DNA of 64,000 nt, taken from assembly GCA_041651455.1 (NCBI GenBank), contig JBAZJG010000004.1, positions 72,848-136,847 on the forward strand. Direction: 5' to 3'. The position numbers were made by a program, and so were the translations under genes. The notes under the pieces are model-generated. The model had not been told where the DNA came from and ran no database searches. It saw only the letters and a list, made by a program, of their open reading frames with translations. The stretch comes from Candidatus Omnitrophota bacterium. GTDB lineage: Bacteria; Omnitrophota; Gorgyraeia; Pluralincolimonadales; Pluralincolimonadaceae. Position 1 is the first letter of the stretch; each line of letters opens with the position of its first letter. Shown here in pieces: positions 36,460-46,561 of the stretch.

Positions 36460-37277
36460 GACAACATTCTCCCTGCCAGTATTAATCCCGCTATAGCGAA
36501 TACGTATACGAGGAAACCGAGAAAATCATGTGCAAATGTCCCCGGGGACGCCGCCTTTGCGTCGTAGGCAAACGCTATAAGCAAAAGGAGCACGATCCGG
36601 ATTATGTTCGCCCCTAAGGCGATGGGTATGGACAGCACGAATATCGCGATCTTCTTGACCGTTGACATCTTGATCAGATAAGCATAGAGAGCACCCAGGG
36701 CGGTCAGGGCTATCAGTGAACTAAGGCCGCTGCATGGACTGCCTATAGTAAGGAAGGTATCGGGCCTCAGGTGTACGATGCTGCCGTCCCTGACGGCAGG
36801 TACCCCCATAAGGCTGATTATGAACGTCGCCGCCTGCGCGGCCATCATCTTCATCTTGAAGCTAACGCTTATTATAAAGACCTGCGGCAACGGGACCATG
36901 AACACGAGGAACAGGATAGCAAACGCTATCTTCTTCGTGATCCCTGTGCCGTAAATATAAAGAGACAGCCCGAACAGCGTGAATATCAGAGTGAACCCGG
37001 AGATGAAGTTGATCTCGAAAAAATACGCGAATAAGTGCAGCAGTAAAGCCGGCAGGAACAGCGCAAGGCCGATACCGAGAGGCCTTATTTCCGCATTTTT
37101 GAGCTCATTCCTTCTCAGCCAGACCAGGTATGCGAAAACAAGGGGCACGAGGTAACCGTGCGAATAATATGTGTCGGCTTCCTCGAAACGCGCCGCCATC
37201 CAGACAAAAGTCGGCCAGTAGACCGCTATTAAAAGAGCTCCGACTATAAAAGGCCCGAACCTTGATATAAGTTTCAT
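36441..37277 (-). CDS. xrt: exosortase (XrtA-like transpeptidase for PEP-CTERM proteins)
   Basis: Eight TM helices. Conserved motifs SHGYLVP, catalytic Cys in IGSPCSGLSSL, and Asn/Arg in GANIIRIV. Confidence 0.75.
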   Translation of the reverse strand: MKLISRFGPFIVGALLIAVYWPTFVWMAARFEEADTYYSHGYLVPLVFAYLVWLRRNELKNAEIRPLGIGLALFLPALLLHLFAYFFEINFISGFTLIFTLFGLSLYIYGTGITKKIAFAILFLVFMVPLPQVFIISVSFKMKMMAAQAATFIISLMGVPAVRDGSIVHLRPDTFLTIGSPCSGLSSLIALTALGALYAYLIKMSTVKKIAIFVLSIPIALGANIIRIVLLLLIAFAYDAKAASPGTFAHDFLGFLVYVFAIAGLILAGRMLSWTKKT

Positions 37278-38126
37278 TTATTTGCTTTTGTTTATCGCCT
37301 CGAGCTGCTTCTCGGCAAGTTTAGCAAAAGGGGTATTGGGATATTTTTCCGTTATAAGGCGGTAGTTCAGGGCCGCCTTTTCCGGCTGGTTCGTCTTCTG
37401 CTCGTAGATGGCGCCTGCGACGAAAAGCGCCTTGGGGGCAAGCAGTGTGTCGCCGTGCGCGGCGACCAACGAATCGAGGTACTCCAGCGCTTCCGCCCAT
37501 TTCGCCTGGTCTGCATAGCATGTCACGATAAGGTCGATTGTCACGAGAGCGCCGTACGTTTTGGAGTTGTCGGAGATATATTTCTTATATTTGTCTATTG
37601 CGGTAACGTACGCAGCCGAGGCCTCGTCGTTCTTTCCCTTCAGCTTGTAATATTCGGCGATATGCACCGGGACCTGCAACGCTGTGCCCGTGTCTGGATA
37701 ATCGGACATTATCCTGTTGAGGTTTTCGATCGCTTTCGGCGCGTCATCGGCTGCCTCATATGTTATAGCAACCATATACAGGGCCCTCGAACACAGGTCG
37801 GTGTTCTCCGGATGCTCTTTCAATATCACGAGGAACTCGTCCCTCGCTTTCGCGACGCTTCCCTGTATCGCGTATAACTGCCCGATATTAAACTGCGCCT
37901 GGGCGCTGTTGGGCCACGTCGGGTATCTTATGGTTATCTCCCTGAATTTGTCTATTATCTTCTGGTACTCCACGGGCGAAGCCTTGTCCGGGGCCTGCAG
38001 GAGCTTGTTCAGGTCCTTCGAGGCATGCCAAAACCTCTTCTCGGCGGAATACGTCCCGGAGTCGCATCCGCTTATTGCGGCAGACGCCAGCAAGACCGCG
38101 CAGATTACTGATATCTTCCTAAACAT
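37278..38126 (-). CDS. TPR-repeat lipoprotein
   Basis: Lipobox LLASAAISGC followed by TPR-like repeats. In operon with the exosortase. Confidence 0.6.
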   Translation of the reverse strand: MFRKISVICAVLLASAAISGCDSGTYSAEKRFWHASKDLNKLLQAPDKASPVEYQKIIDKFREITIRYPTWPNSAQAQFNIGQLYAIQGSVAKARDEFLVILKEHPENTDLCSRALYMVAITYEAADDAPKAIENLNRIMSDYPDTGTALQVPVHIAEYYKLKGKNDEASAAYVTAIDKYKKYISDNSKTYGALVTIDLIVTCYADQAKWAEALEYLDSLVAAHGDTLLAPKALFVAGAIYEQKTNQPEKAALNYRLITEKYPNTPFAKLAEKQLEAINKSK

Positions 38127-38129
38127 TGG

Positions 38130-38972
38130 CTATTTGCTTTCCTTTTCCGTTTCCTGTTTAAGCATGAACAGGTTCGCGGTGCTCAAGAATACCAGGGAAT
38201 CGGTAATGAAAGATGTGACTATGCCCGCGGCAAGTATATACAAGGTGATTTCCGGGAAGGTCAGGTTCATCAGCCCCTGCTGCTTCTGCTTGACAAACAT
38301 GAACAATACTTCCAGCAGCCTCGGTATGGACACGAGCAGTATGGTAGTAAAAAAGACGTGCTTTACGATGCCGAAAGACCGCGCGATCGCCCCGAACACT
38401 CCCCTGCGTTCGACCATCAACGCCGGATATGCGTAAATGAAGAGCGCTTCCACTAGGAACGCGACCGCTATTCCCGCATACGACAATACCTGCAGCAACA
38501 TTACCGACGAAGGGGTGCGTTGCATGGTAGAGGTTATTATCCAGGTAGGCGCTTTAAGTATGGCGAATGACAGGATATATATAATAGCCCATATCCCGAG
38601 CAGCGCGAAGTACCTTCTTGCCGCCCTGTTGAAACTCCCGAACGCGCGCACGCCTTCGCCTTCGGAATGCGCCTGAGAGACCATCGCAACCGCCATGCCG
38701 TACATTATGACGCCGAATATGACCATGACGAGCACCTGTCCGTAATAGAAAAGGGTCGGAAGGATATTGAAATTATACGGATAGTGCAGGTAGGCCGCCC
38801 CGAATATATTCTTTATGGGCTTGGCAAATACGGCCGTGAACGGCGGGCGCGGCGAATAGAACAATACCGCAAGCACGATGCCTTCAAAAATCGCTTTAAA
38901 CAGGAAAGGCAACAGGACGGCCGGATATTTCGCGACCATCCTGAAAGTTATCGCCCAAACAGTCCTAATCAT
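38130..38972 (-). CDS. polytopic membrane protein of unknown function
   Basis: Six to eight predicted TM helices and no recognisable motif. In the exosortase operon. Confidence 0.4.
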   Translation of the reverse strand: MIRTVWAITFRMVAKYPAVLLPFLFKAIFEGIVLAVLFYSPRPPFTAVFAKPIKNIFGAAYLHYPYNFNILPTLFYYGQVLVMVIFGVIMYGMAVAMVSQAHSEGEGVRAFGSFNRAARRYFALLGIWAIIYILSFAILKAPTWIITSTMQRTPSSVMLLQVLSYAGIAVAFLVEALFIYAYPALMVERRGVFGAIARSFGIVKHVFFTTILLVSIPRLLEVLFMFVKQKQQGLMNLTFPEITLYILAAGIVTSFITDSLVFLSTANLFMLKQETEKESK

Positions 38973-39429
38973 TCTCGAACGACTTCTTTATTACCAGTAT
39001 CTTCTTCTTGAGGTCGGCTTCCTGCTTTTCATCATCAACGAACGATACGCCGACATCATATTTTCCCGGTTCCTGTTCCACGGGAGGCTTGACCCAGCTG
39101 ACCTTTACCAGCGTCTTTACCGGTTCTATATCATTTCCGGGCATTATATCCAGGGTTATGTGCATCTCGGGCACCAGATCCTTATTAAACTCTTCGCCAT
39201 TACCGTTATCTTCCTTAAGCCTGCATTTCGAATTATGGACCCATCCCAGGCAGTTTGAGCAGCTGATGCAATCCCATGAGCGCGGCCACTCAAGCAAGGC
39301 ACCCCCCTCACTTAAGTTCTTTGCTTTCAACGGGATATCACCAGAAATATCTATCTTCTTCTGAGGATCTACAAGCTTCCCCTTAATAGCAACATTTATT
39401 TCGACACGTTTAAACTTTCTGCGTTCCAA
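38965..39429 (-). CDS. PilZ-domain (c-di-GMP-binding) protein, first gene of the exosortase operon
   Basis: RRKFKR ... NLSEGGA, i.e. the RxxxR / DxSxxG PilZ motifs. Start reassigned to TTG at 39429 (SD AAGGAG 6 nt upstream), because a TTGACA-16-TATACT promoter at 39463-39490 places the track start upstream of the TSS. Confidence 0.6.
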   Translation of the reverse strand: MERRKFKRVEINVAIKGKLVDPQKKIDISGDIPLKAKNLSEGGALLEWPRSWDCISCSNCLGWVHNSKCRLKEDNGNGEEFNKDLVPEMHITLDIMPGNDIEPVKTLVKVSWVKPPVEQEPGKYDVGVSFVDDEKQEADLKKKILVIKKSFEND

Positions 39430-39462
39430 GTTTTTCTCCTTGTACACCAAATTTAGAAGTTT

Positions 39463-39490
39463 AGTATAACACAAAAGTAAACCGTGTCAA
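39463..39490 (-). promoter_or_regulatory. sigma70-type promoter of the PilZ-exosortase operon (-35 TTGACA, 16 nt spacer, -10 TATACT)
   Basis: Near-consensus hexamers in the 31 bp gap after the araC-like gene. Confidence 0.5.
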
Positions 39491-39505
39491 CGGGTTTTGT
39501 TGCTT

Positions 39506-40336
39506 TTATGCCGTAATAATTTGCTTTTCCACCCCCTTTTTCAGTATACTGCTCCTGTATTCGATCGGAGACGTTTTCATATATCTTTTGAAAACTTTGC
39601 TGAAATAATTGGGGTCCTGATACCCGACAGCGTAAGCTATCTGGTTCACGTTAAGGTTCCTGTTCTTCAGCATCTTGGACGCAGCTTCCATCCTTATCTT
39701 CGTCAGGTATTCGATAAAGGTTATCTTCAACTCGTCCTTGAATATATGGCTGAAATAGTAATGGCTCAGGGCCACTTCAGACGCTACCTTCTGGAGCGAT
39801 ATGTCCTTATCATGGTAATTCTTCCGTATGAATGTCACGGCTTTCAGGACGGCTTCCTGGTTGCGTGAGTACTGCTTGTCCGATTCCGTTACGACAAGGA
39901 AATCAAATTCATGCTTGAATATGTAGTTCACCATGATGGACAGCAGGTCTGCCGCGGCCTTAACCTGTTCCTTCTTGAGGTCCTGTGATGAACTTGGCGC
40001 CTGGGCGGGACACATCATAACGCCGCCTATGGCCTTGTCTCCGATCATTATAGGGATGAAAGCCATCTGCAATTTTTTGTATTCGCAAAGACACGGTTTT
40101 TTTGAGCTTCCTGCCGCCGCGCAGGATTTGCCGACGAGATCAAGGAACGCGCTGTCTTTTTTCTTTGAGGAGAGGATCGATTTGCATGAATGGCCGGCAA
40201 GCTGGGGTATAATGACGGGCCTGCCTTTCAGGTCGATGAACGAGAACTCCATCCCCGTCAGCTTCAGGAAGGCGCTCTCTACGTCCTGGAGGACTTTTGT
40301 GCTTGCGATCCCTTTAATGGCCAGTGAGCATTCCAT
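39506..40336 (-). CDS. AraC-family transcriptional regulator with N-terminal sensor domain
   Basis: C-terminal double HTH (YHDKDISLQKVASEVALSHYYFSHIFK ... VNQIAYAVGYQDPNYFSKVFKRYMKTSP). Confidence 0.8.
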   Translation of the reverse strand: MECSLAIKGIASTKVLQDVESAFLKLTGMEFSFIDLKGRPVIIPQLAGHSCKSILSSKKKDSAFLDLVGKSCAAAGSSKKPCLCEYKKLQMAFIPIMIGDKAIGGVMMCPAQAPSSSQDLKKEQVKAAADLLSIMVNYIFKHEFDFLVVTESDKQYSRNQEAVLKAVTFIRKNYHDKDISLQKVASEVALSHYYFSHIFKDELKITFIEYLTKIRMEAASKMLKNRNLNVNQIAYAVGYQDPNYFSKVFKRYMKTSPIEYRSSILKKGVEKQIITA

Positions 40337-40384
40337 ATCTTCTTAAAATTTACTACTATCGAGCAATTTTGTCAAGCAAATTAC

Positions 40385-41422
40385 CTATTTAAAATCGAGG
40401 AATCCCGAGTCCTTCATCCACCTGTAGGTGACGACCACGACGACGACAAGCGCCGCGATAGCGTATAACCCTTTTATCCCCCTGAAGCTCAGGGCTATCA
40501 TCCCGAAACATGTAGAAAGGAAATACAGGGAGAGGACCACTCTCCTTTGCGACTCATCCCTGAACAGCAATTTGTGGTGTATGTGCTCTTTGTCGGCCTG
40601 AAATATGTGTTTCTTCTTCGCAAGGCGTCGGACTATCGCCAGCGTCGTATCTATTATAGGAACCCCGAGCGCTATGACCGGGACAAAAAGGGTTATTATC
40701 GTCTTGCTCTTCTGGAAACTTATGACCGATATCGCCGCTAACGCAAAACCGAGGAACATGCTTCCGGGATTGCCCATGAAGATGCGGGCCGGGTAGAAAT
40801 TATACGGCAGGAAACCCGCGCATGCGCCTACGAGCGCAAACGCAAGGAACGCGATCACGTATTCATGCTGGTCGATCGCCGAGAGGAATATGAAGAACGA
40901 GGATATGGCCGACACTCCGGCGGCAAGCCCGTCGAGCCCGTCGAGAAGATTTATCGCGTTAGTTATGCCTATTATCCATATCATCGTGAAGATGACGCCG
41001 AGGAAGCCGAGCGAGACCTTCCCTACGAACGGTATGGTGAACTCCTCGACGACAAATCCGCACGCCACGAGTATAGCAGCGGCTATCACTTGAACGAAGA
41101 GTTTCGGCCTGGCCCTCATCGGTTTTATATCGTCGATGACGCCGAGGATGACTATCATAGCGGCAGCGACGCAAAAACCGGCGTACTTCAGGGAGAACCT
41201 GTCCATAGCTCCGGGGATCGCGTAAAAAGCCACCAGCGTCCCGGCAAAAAAAGCGACGGCGATGGCTACTCCGCCCATCGTCGGCATATTGCCCCTGTGG
41301 ACCTTCCTGCCGCCGGGCTTATCGACAACGCCGAGGCCGATAGCGACGGCCCTTACTATGGGCGTCAGAACCAGCGCAACGGCCCCGGAGACGCAGAATG
41401 TGGCCAGGTAACCCCTAAGCAT
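40385..41422 (-). CDS. undecaprenyl-phosphate sugar-1-phosphate transferase (WecA/MraY family)
   Basis: Ten to eleven TM helices. Motifs NAINLLDGLDGLAAG and DxxK-type. This is the initiating transferase of glycan assembly. Confidence 0.8.
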   Translation of the reverse strand: MLRGYLATFCVSGAVALVLTPIVRAVAIGLGVVDKPGGRKVHRGNMPTMGGVAIAVAFFAGTLVAFYAIPGAMDRFSLKYAGFCVAAAMIVILGVIDDIKPMRARPKLFVQVIAAAILVACGFVVEEFTIPFVGKVSLGFLGVIFTMIWIIGITNAINLLDGLDGLAAGVSAISSFFIFLSAIDQHEYVIAFLAFALVGACAGFLPYNFYPARIFMGNPGSMFLGFALAAISVISFQKSKTIITLFVPVIALGVPIIDTTLAIVRRLAKKKHIFQADKEHIHHKLLFRDESQRRVVLSLYFLSTCFGMIALSFRGIKGLYAIAALVVVVVVTYRWMKDSGFLDFK

Positions 41423-42631
41423 TTATTTTATGCCCCCTTCGAATATCTTTTCCAGGTCCCTTATGTTATTTTCCCAGTTGAAATTTTCTTCCGCATATCT
41501 TCTCGACATCAACGACAACCTTTCCCTGAGCGGCCTGTCTTCCATGACCCTTACGACGTTCCCGGCAAAACTTTCGGGGGAATCCGACATCAGCACTCCG
41601 GTCTCCCGCCCTGCCTGCATCCATTGGGTAGATATCGTCGTAGATACCACCGGCAACCCCATCGCCATGGCTTCCATCACTTTATTCTGCATGCCGGTAG
41701 CCGCCCTTATCGGGCAAACGAGAGCGGCGGCATCGCCCAGATGCACCCTCGTATCTTCAACGGGTCCGGTGACAAACACGCTCCTGCCGTCGGCAAGCTT
41801 TTTTATCTTCTCCGGCGGGTTGGACCCGACTATATAAAAAACGGCGCCGGGCCGTGCTCTTTTGACGGCGGGAAAGATCTTGCCGTAGAAATACAATACC
41901 GCATCCCTGTTCGGAAAACTATGCAAATTGCCTATAAACACTATCTTGTTATCGTCGTATCCCTTCGGAGAAGGACTAAAATACCCGAGGTCTACCCCGT
42001 TCGGGATGATGGATATGCTCTTTTCCGAGGCAAGCGCTTTTTCTGACCTCAGGTCCGCATCCGAAATAAGCAGCGACCTGTCGAAGGAGCGCACGGCTTC
42101 AGGTTCGTACCTGCGGACCTTGAGCCACTCGACCAGGTAGAACAGGTAGAAGACGTGCTTCCTGTATTTCAGCGACCTGTACAGGCTCAGGGACAGCGAA
42201 TCGGTAAGGTCGAGGACCCTTCTCTCATCCTTGCGGCCACGGGCATATTGCGCCATTCTGAGCAGGTGGACATAAATGCCGTCATATTTTTCGGACGACA
42301 TCATGCTATCCGCCTTGTCGCGCATCCTGCCTTCCTTGTAATAAGCGACCTGGAAAGGCACGGCCGTCGGGGATAAAAGCAGGCATTTGGCGTATGAATC
42401 GGCAGGCTTCAAAAGTACGGTCTCTATGCGCGCACAATACTTGCCCAGTTCACCCAGGTATTTCTTTTCTTCTTCGGATTCTATGAAAGATAACAGGTGT
42501 ATGGCATGCCTGGCGGAAAGGTATTTGATGAAATTAAATACCCTGAGCTTATCCCCGCCGTAAGGCGGATATGGAAGGCGTGACGTCAGGAATAATATTT
42601 TCACCGGTTCACCATGCCTTTTGTGCGGCAT
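41423..42631 (-). CDS. glycosyltransferase (GT-B fold, GT1/GT4-like)
   Basis: C-terminal EX7E-like region (QNKVMEAMAMGLPVVST). Confidence 0.8.
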   Translation of the reverse strand: MPHKRHGEPVKILFLTSRLPYPPYGGDKLRVFNFIKYLSARHAIHLLSFIESEEEKKYLGELGKYCARIETVLLKPADSYAKCLLLSPTAVPFQVAYYKEGRMRDKADSMMSSEKYDGIYVHLLRMAQYARGRKDERRVLDLTDSLSLSLYRSLKYRKHVFYLFYLVEWLKVRRYEPEAVRSFDRSLLISDADLRSEKALASEKSISIIPNGVDLGYFSPSPKGYDDNKIVFIGNLHSFPNRDAVLYFYGKIFPAVKRARPGAVFYIVGSNPPEKIKKLADGRSVFVTGPVEDTRVHLGDAAALVCPIRAATGMQNKVMEAMAMGLPVVSTTISTQWMQAGRETGVLMSDSPESFAGNVVRVMEDRPLRERLSLMSRRYAEENFNWENNIRDLEKIFEGGIK

Positions 42632-44291
42632 AAGATATTGAATTTAGATTATTCTTCCATCCATCCCAGGTCGTAACAATAATCCCGAGGCATTTTTTGC
42701 TCCCCTTGGTCACATTCAGCCATTTATCAATATTCCCGGTATCCTTGTAACCCGCAGCGAGATAGTCGAAACCTTGCGAACTATAGAAATTGGGTGAATT
42801 TTTCATCTTAGACAAGTTGTCCGATTCATCATACCACCAGGACATCAGGATAATATCATTTGGCATTATGTAAATAGCGTCCGATGTTTTTCCCGCTTTC
42901 CCGCCGTACTGCTCCTGATAAGAATTGTCGCCACCATTATGCCAAGGATTCACCATGTCATCCCAAATCAATAACCTTGTCCCAAGACCATAGCTCGCCA
43001 CATAATCATTTATTCTTGATAATTCATCAGCCAACAACTCTGCGTTAGATAAATTCCTTTTTAGGCACCGGGAATCTCTATTCATTCCCCTTATTTCATC
43101 GTGGGTTACACTTATATAATGCGGTTGGAATTCCCGCATAATACCTCCTAATACTTTGTTAATGACATTATAAGTGCGTTCTGACGATGGGCAGTATGGA
43201 ACGCTCCATTCGCAATCCTTGCATTTTTTCCCAACATAATCATAGCTTACCAGTATCTCGTCTCCGTCCTCAATATTTCCGTCATTGATTCTTAGTATTC
43301 TTGTAGGTCTGGCATTGGCTGGATAGGGATAGTTCGTTTCGCCGTCTATTATCTTGTAATCGATGTTTTCTCTGAATATGCCGGTACCATTACAATTTTT
43401 TACAACAATATCCGAATCTTCGCTCCTTATTACGTTTATCAGGGCCTCTCCCGCCTTTTGTAACGGGATAGCCTCATTATTAACGAATCTAAATCTCTCG
43501 CTGTCTACGAATATTCCCTCTGCAGTCATGGGGTCTATATAAAACACATCGATCCCCACTCCGAATGTTGATATCTCGGGAACTGCTGTAATATAGTTTT
43601 CTTCTGCGTATGCAAATACCTCCTTTAGCCTTTCCAGGTTATCCCCCCTGTCCAGCTGGTAGTATTTTCCACTTTGAAATATTACAAAGTTCATCTTTTG
43701 GCGCGCCATCATATTTATAAGTTCTTTTGCCTCGTCCAGGTTTGCCCCCATGATATGCACCCCCCTAAACCTGGTCTTTGGATAATCTACGATTTTTACC
43801 GCATCCAAGATCAGTTCCCCTTGCTTTGCTTGGAATAATTGCAGCAATGTCTGAGTCCCGTAAAACACACCTTGCGGCGTGTTCCCGGCGACTACTATAT
43901 GATCCCTGAATATATCTATCACATATCCTTCATCTCCGAGTATTTGTGATGGAATAATTTCATCTTTAAGCTGTGGATTACTATTTTCCAGATCCGTCTC
44001 TAACGCTAAGATAATATTGTTCTTTATGTCTGCGGAAGAGGCCATGCTTACGGGTATAAGCAGGTTCGTGTCCTCAAAGCAACTATTTGAAAATCTGCTC
44101 GCCGTACCGTAAAGATCGCTGTTGCCGGGTAAGCAGATTATTTTCCATTTGTTGTCTACTTTAATAGTGTAATTTTTCGCGATACAGGCCTTTACCTCTG
44201 GCTTTAACCGACTGCCCAGGATGTCCGCAGATTCGATTGAGAAAAGCGGCATTAATAACGCTATCGTAATAAACAGTATCCTTTTATTCAT
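42609..44291 (-). CDS. secreted GH20-like TIM-barrel glycosidase-fold protein
   Basis: Signal peptide. DYPKTRFRGVHIMGANLDEAKELINMMARQKMNFVIFQ resembles the GH20/hexosaminidase N-terminal barrel, but the canonical H-x-H/D-E pair was not confirmed. Lies in the low-GC DNA. Confidence 0.35.
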   Translation of the reverse strand: MNKRILFITIALLMPLFSIESADILGSRLKPEVKACIAKNYTIKVDNKWKIICLPGNSDLYGTASRFSNSCFEDTNLLIPVSMASSADIKNNIILALETDLENSNPQLKDEIIPSQILGDEGYVIDIFRDHIVVAGNTPQGVFYGTQTLLQLFQAKQGELILDAVKIVDYPKTRFRGVHIMGANLDEAKELINMMARQKMNFVIFQSGKYYQLDRGDNLERLKEVFAYAEENYITAVPEISTFGVGIDVFYIDPMTAEGIFVDSERFRFVNNEAIPLQKAGEALINVIRSEDSDIVVKNCNGTGIFRENIDYKIIDGETNYPYPANARPTRILRINDGNIEDGDEILVSYDYVGKKCKDCEWSVPYCPSSERTYNVINKVLGGIMREFQPHYISVTHDEIRGMNRDSRCLKRNLSNAELLADELSRINDYVASYGLGTRLLIWDDMVNPWHNGGDNSYQEQYGGKAGKTSDAIYIMPNDIILMSWWYDESDNLSKMKNSPNFYSSQGFDYLAAGYKDTGNIDKWLNVTKGSKKCLGIIVTTWDGWKNNLNSISYAAQKAW

Positions 44292-45396
44292 TGGCTAATA
44301 TCCGATCGTTTAACAATCTATCTGCTGCCCTTGTAACATCTTCGACCGTTATAGATGTCAGGCAGCGATAATCGTTGCTCTTGCATTTAAAACGTTTCTT
44401 GAGCCATGAATTCCGCTTACCTGCCTCTTCCAATGTGTCTCCTATAAACGGATAATAACAAGGGCAACATTCGTGGTGCTTTTGAAGCACGATGTGACCC
44501 GCTCCCCAGGGCCTATGTATTCGAGGGTCAGTAGGACCAAAAATACTTATTGTGGGTGTCCCAACGGCTGCAGCAATATGCATAGGCGCAGAATTATTGC
44601 ATATAAGAAATATTGATCGTTTAAGCAATGCTGCTGTTTGCAAGATAGAAAGGTTTCCGGCAGCAACGATAGGTTTTCTAGTAATCTTGCCGATCATCTT
44701 ATTTAGCACCGGAAGATCGTCCTGGCCTCCGATTAAAATAACTTTTACCCCTATTTTCTCACTTAAGTAATTGGTTACTTCTATAAATCTTTCTATTGGC
44801 CATCTCCTGTATCGAGAGGTGCCTTCCCCGCAACCGGAGTGGATGGCAATTATTTTATCACTTTTTTCAATTCCTCGTGATTCCAGGAATTTTTCAATAT
44901 AAGTCTCGTCTTCCGCGCTCAAATTCAGCGATACAGCTACGCTATCTGTGTCGGGATTCACTCCAAGTAGTTTCATAAAATCCATGTTCATCAATACCGC
45001 GTGCTTAATTTCACTAATTGGAGCAAGTTTAGTGAATAGCTGGCGGTATTTCTTGAAAATGCTCAGATCCTGTCCGAGTCTTTCTCTCGCCCCCGATAAA
45101 TACGATAAAAAGGCTGTCCTCAATCCTCCCGGATAAGCGCAGATTGATATTTTAAATTTTTTCCTTCTTAATTCATTTATAAGGGATACTATTCTAAAAG
45201 GGTTGTTTGTATCTTTCCTGTCGATGCATATCAGCTCATCAATATCCTTATTCCCGGCCAGAACACCGCTGTTTTGCCTGAAAGTTAGAACAGATATCTC
45301 GATATTCTTGATGTTTTTTCTAAGGCTGCTTATCAGCGGGGTTATCAGGATGGCGTCTCCGATCCCCTGCAATGAAATTATCAATATTCTGCTCAT
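44284..45396 (-). CDS. glycosyltransferase family 9 (heptosyltransferase-like)
   Basis: MSRILIISLQGIGDAILITPLI start and GT9 fold. Confidence 0.75.
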   Translation of the reverse strand: MSRILIISLQGIGDAILITPLISSLRKNIKNIEISVLTFRQNSGVLAGNKDIDELICIDRKDTNNPFRIVSLINELRRKKFKISICAYPGGLRTAFLSYLSGARERLGQDLSIFKKYRQLFTKLAPISEIKHAVLMNMDFMKLLGVNPDTDSVAVSLNLSAEDETYIEKFLESRGIEKSDKIIAIHSGCGEGTSRYRRWPIERFIEVTNYLSEKIGVKVILIGGQDDLPVLNKMIGKITRKPIVAAGNLSILQTAALLKRSIFLICNNSAPMHIAAAVGTPTISIFGPTDPRIHRPWGAGHIVLQKHHECCPCYYPFIGDTLEEAGKRNSWLKKRFKCKSNDYRCLTSITVEDVTRAADRLLNDRILANE

Positions 45397-45415
45397 TGAT
45401 TCGTTTGTCAAGCGA

Positions 45416-46561
45416 TTATCCATTTAGTAAATTTTCATACATAATTTCGTATTTTTCGGTCATTGCCTGGGCTGAATAGTACGACTTTATGCATGCCTTT
45501 GCATTCTTACCATATTCATCTATTAGTTTTTTGTTGCCCAATAACCTTATAATGGCTTCTGCTAGCTCTTTAGTATCTTTTGGTTTAATCAGAATTCCGT
45601 TAAGTCCGTCCTTTATCACCTCTGGAATACCCCCGACGTTTGTAGCAATAACCGCTTTCCCGGAAGCCATCGCCTCAAGCAACGCCATTGGTGTGCCCTC
45701 GCTCAATGAGGGCATGACAAACAAACGAGATATCCCCAGTATATCTTTTACATCATCCCTGTATCCGGTAAATATTACATTGTTCTCAATATTGAGCTCC
45801 GAAGATAGGTCTTCTAATTCCTTTTTAAGGGGCCCGTCCCCAACAAACAAAAACATGACGTTTCGGTACGCCTTTATTACTTCCTTCGCAGCGTTAAGTA
45901 GGTAAAAATGCCCCTTTTGAGGACTGAGTCGGCCTATACAGCATATTATTATCCTATCATCGTTTATCCCAAGTTTATCCTTAACCGTTCCTGCACTAAC
46001 ATCTATGCCATATTTATCCACATCAATACCGTTGGGTATTACCACTATCCTTTCCTTTTTGATGTTTCTGCTTATAAGCGTGTTCTTAATGTCCTCGGAT
46101 ACGGTAATGATCTTCTCGAAGGCCTTTGACTTTATAATTATCGAATCCAGGTACTCGTAAATCCTTGCCCTCAAGACCTCGCCCGCCCAAAGATGCTGTG
46201 TCGAAATCAGGTGTACGCACGTGTTCCTTGTAGCAATGTATCCGATGATGTCACTTTTGTATTCATGGCAGTGTAAGATGTGCGTATTGTGTTTTTTAAA
46301 CAATTTTTTAAGCCGAAATGCACTTGTTATTATGTCATATCTACCAATGGGATTTATCAATTCGGTTGGTACTTCTAAGCGCTCCGCTTCCTTTATAAGC
46401 GGAATAACATCCACGTACGGGTCCTTAAAAGACGCTACAACTGAACGGAACCGGAACCTGTCGATATTCTTGATGATCTGCAGGATCACTCCTTCAGCGC
46501 CCAATATTACATTTGAGCCCCTCACCCCGCTCCTTAAATGCATAACATTTATTGTATTCAT
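45416..46561 (-). CDS. glycosyltransferase (GT-B fold, GT1/GT4-like)
   Basis: EALASGKAVIATNVGGIPEVI motif. Start reset to MNTINVMHL. Confidence 0.8.
   Translation of the reverse strand: MNTINVMHLRSGVRGSNVILGAEGVILQIIKNIDRFRFRSVVASFKDPYVDVIPLIKEAERLEVPTELINPIGRYDIITSAFRLKKLFKKHNTHILHCHEYKSDIIGYIATRNTCVHLISTQHLWAGEVLRARIYEYLDSIIIKSKAFEKIITVSEDIKNTLISRNIKKERIVVIPNGIDVDKYGIDVSAGTVKDKLGINDDRIIICCIGRLSPQKGHFYLLNAAKEVIKAYRNVMFLFVGDGPLKKELEDLSSELNIENNVIFTGYRDDVKDILGISRLFVMPSLSEGTPMALLEAMASGKAVIATNVGGIPEVIKDGLNGILIKPKDTKELAEAIIRLLGNKKLIDEYGKNAKACIKSYYSAQAMTEKYEIMYENLLNG

Noticed and set aside
39405-39420. TTCGACACGT-like operator half-site inside the PilZ coding region.
   Set aside because: It encodes the conserved KRVEIN stretch of the PilZ domain. 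It is one copy only and lacks the full ACACGTGT palindrome, so it is probably coincidental.
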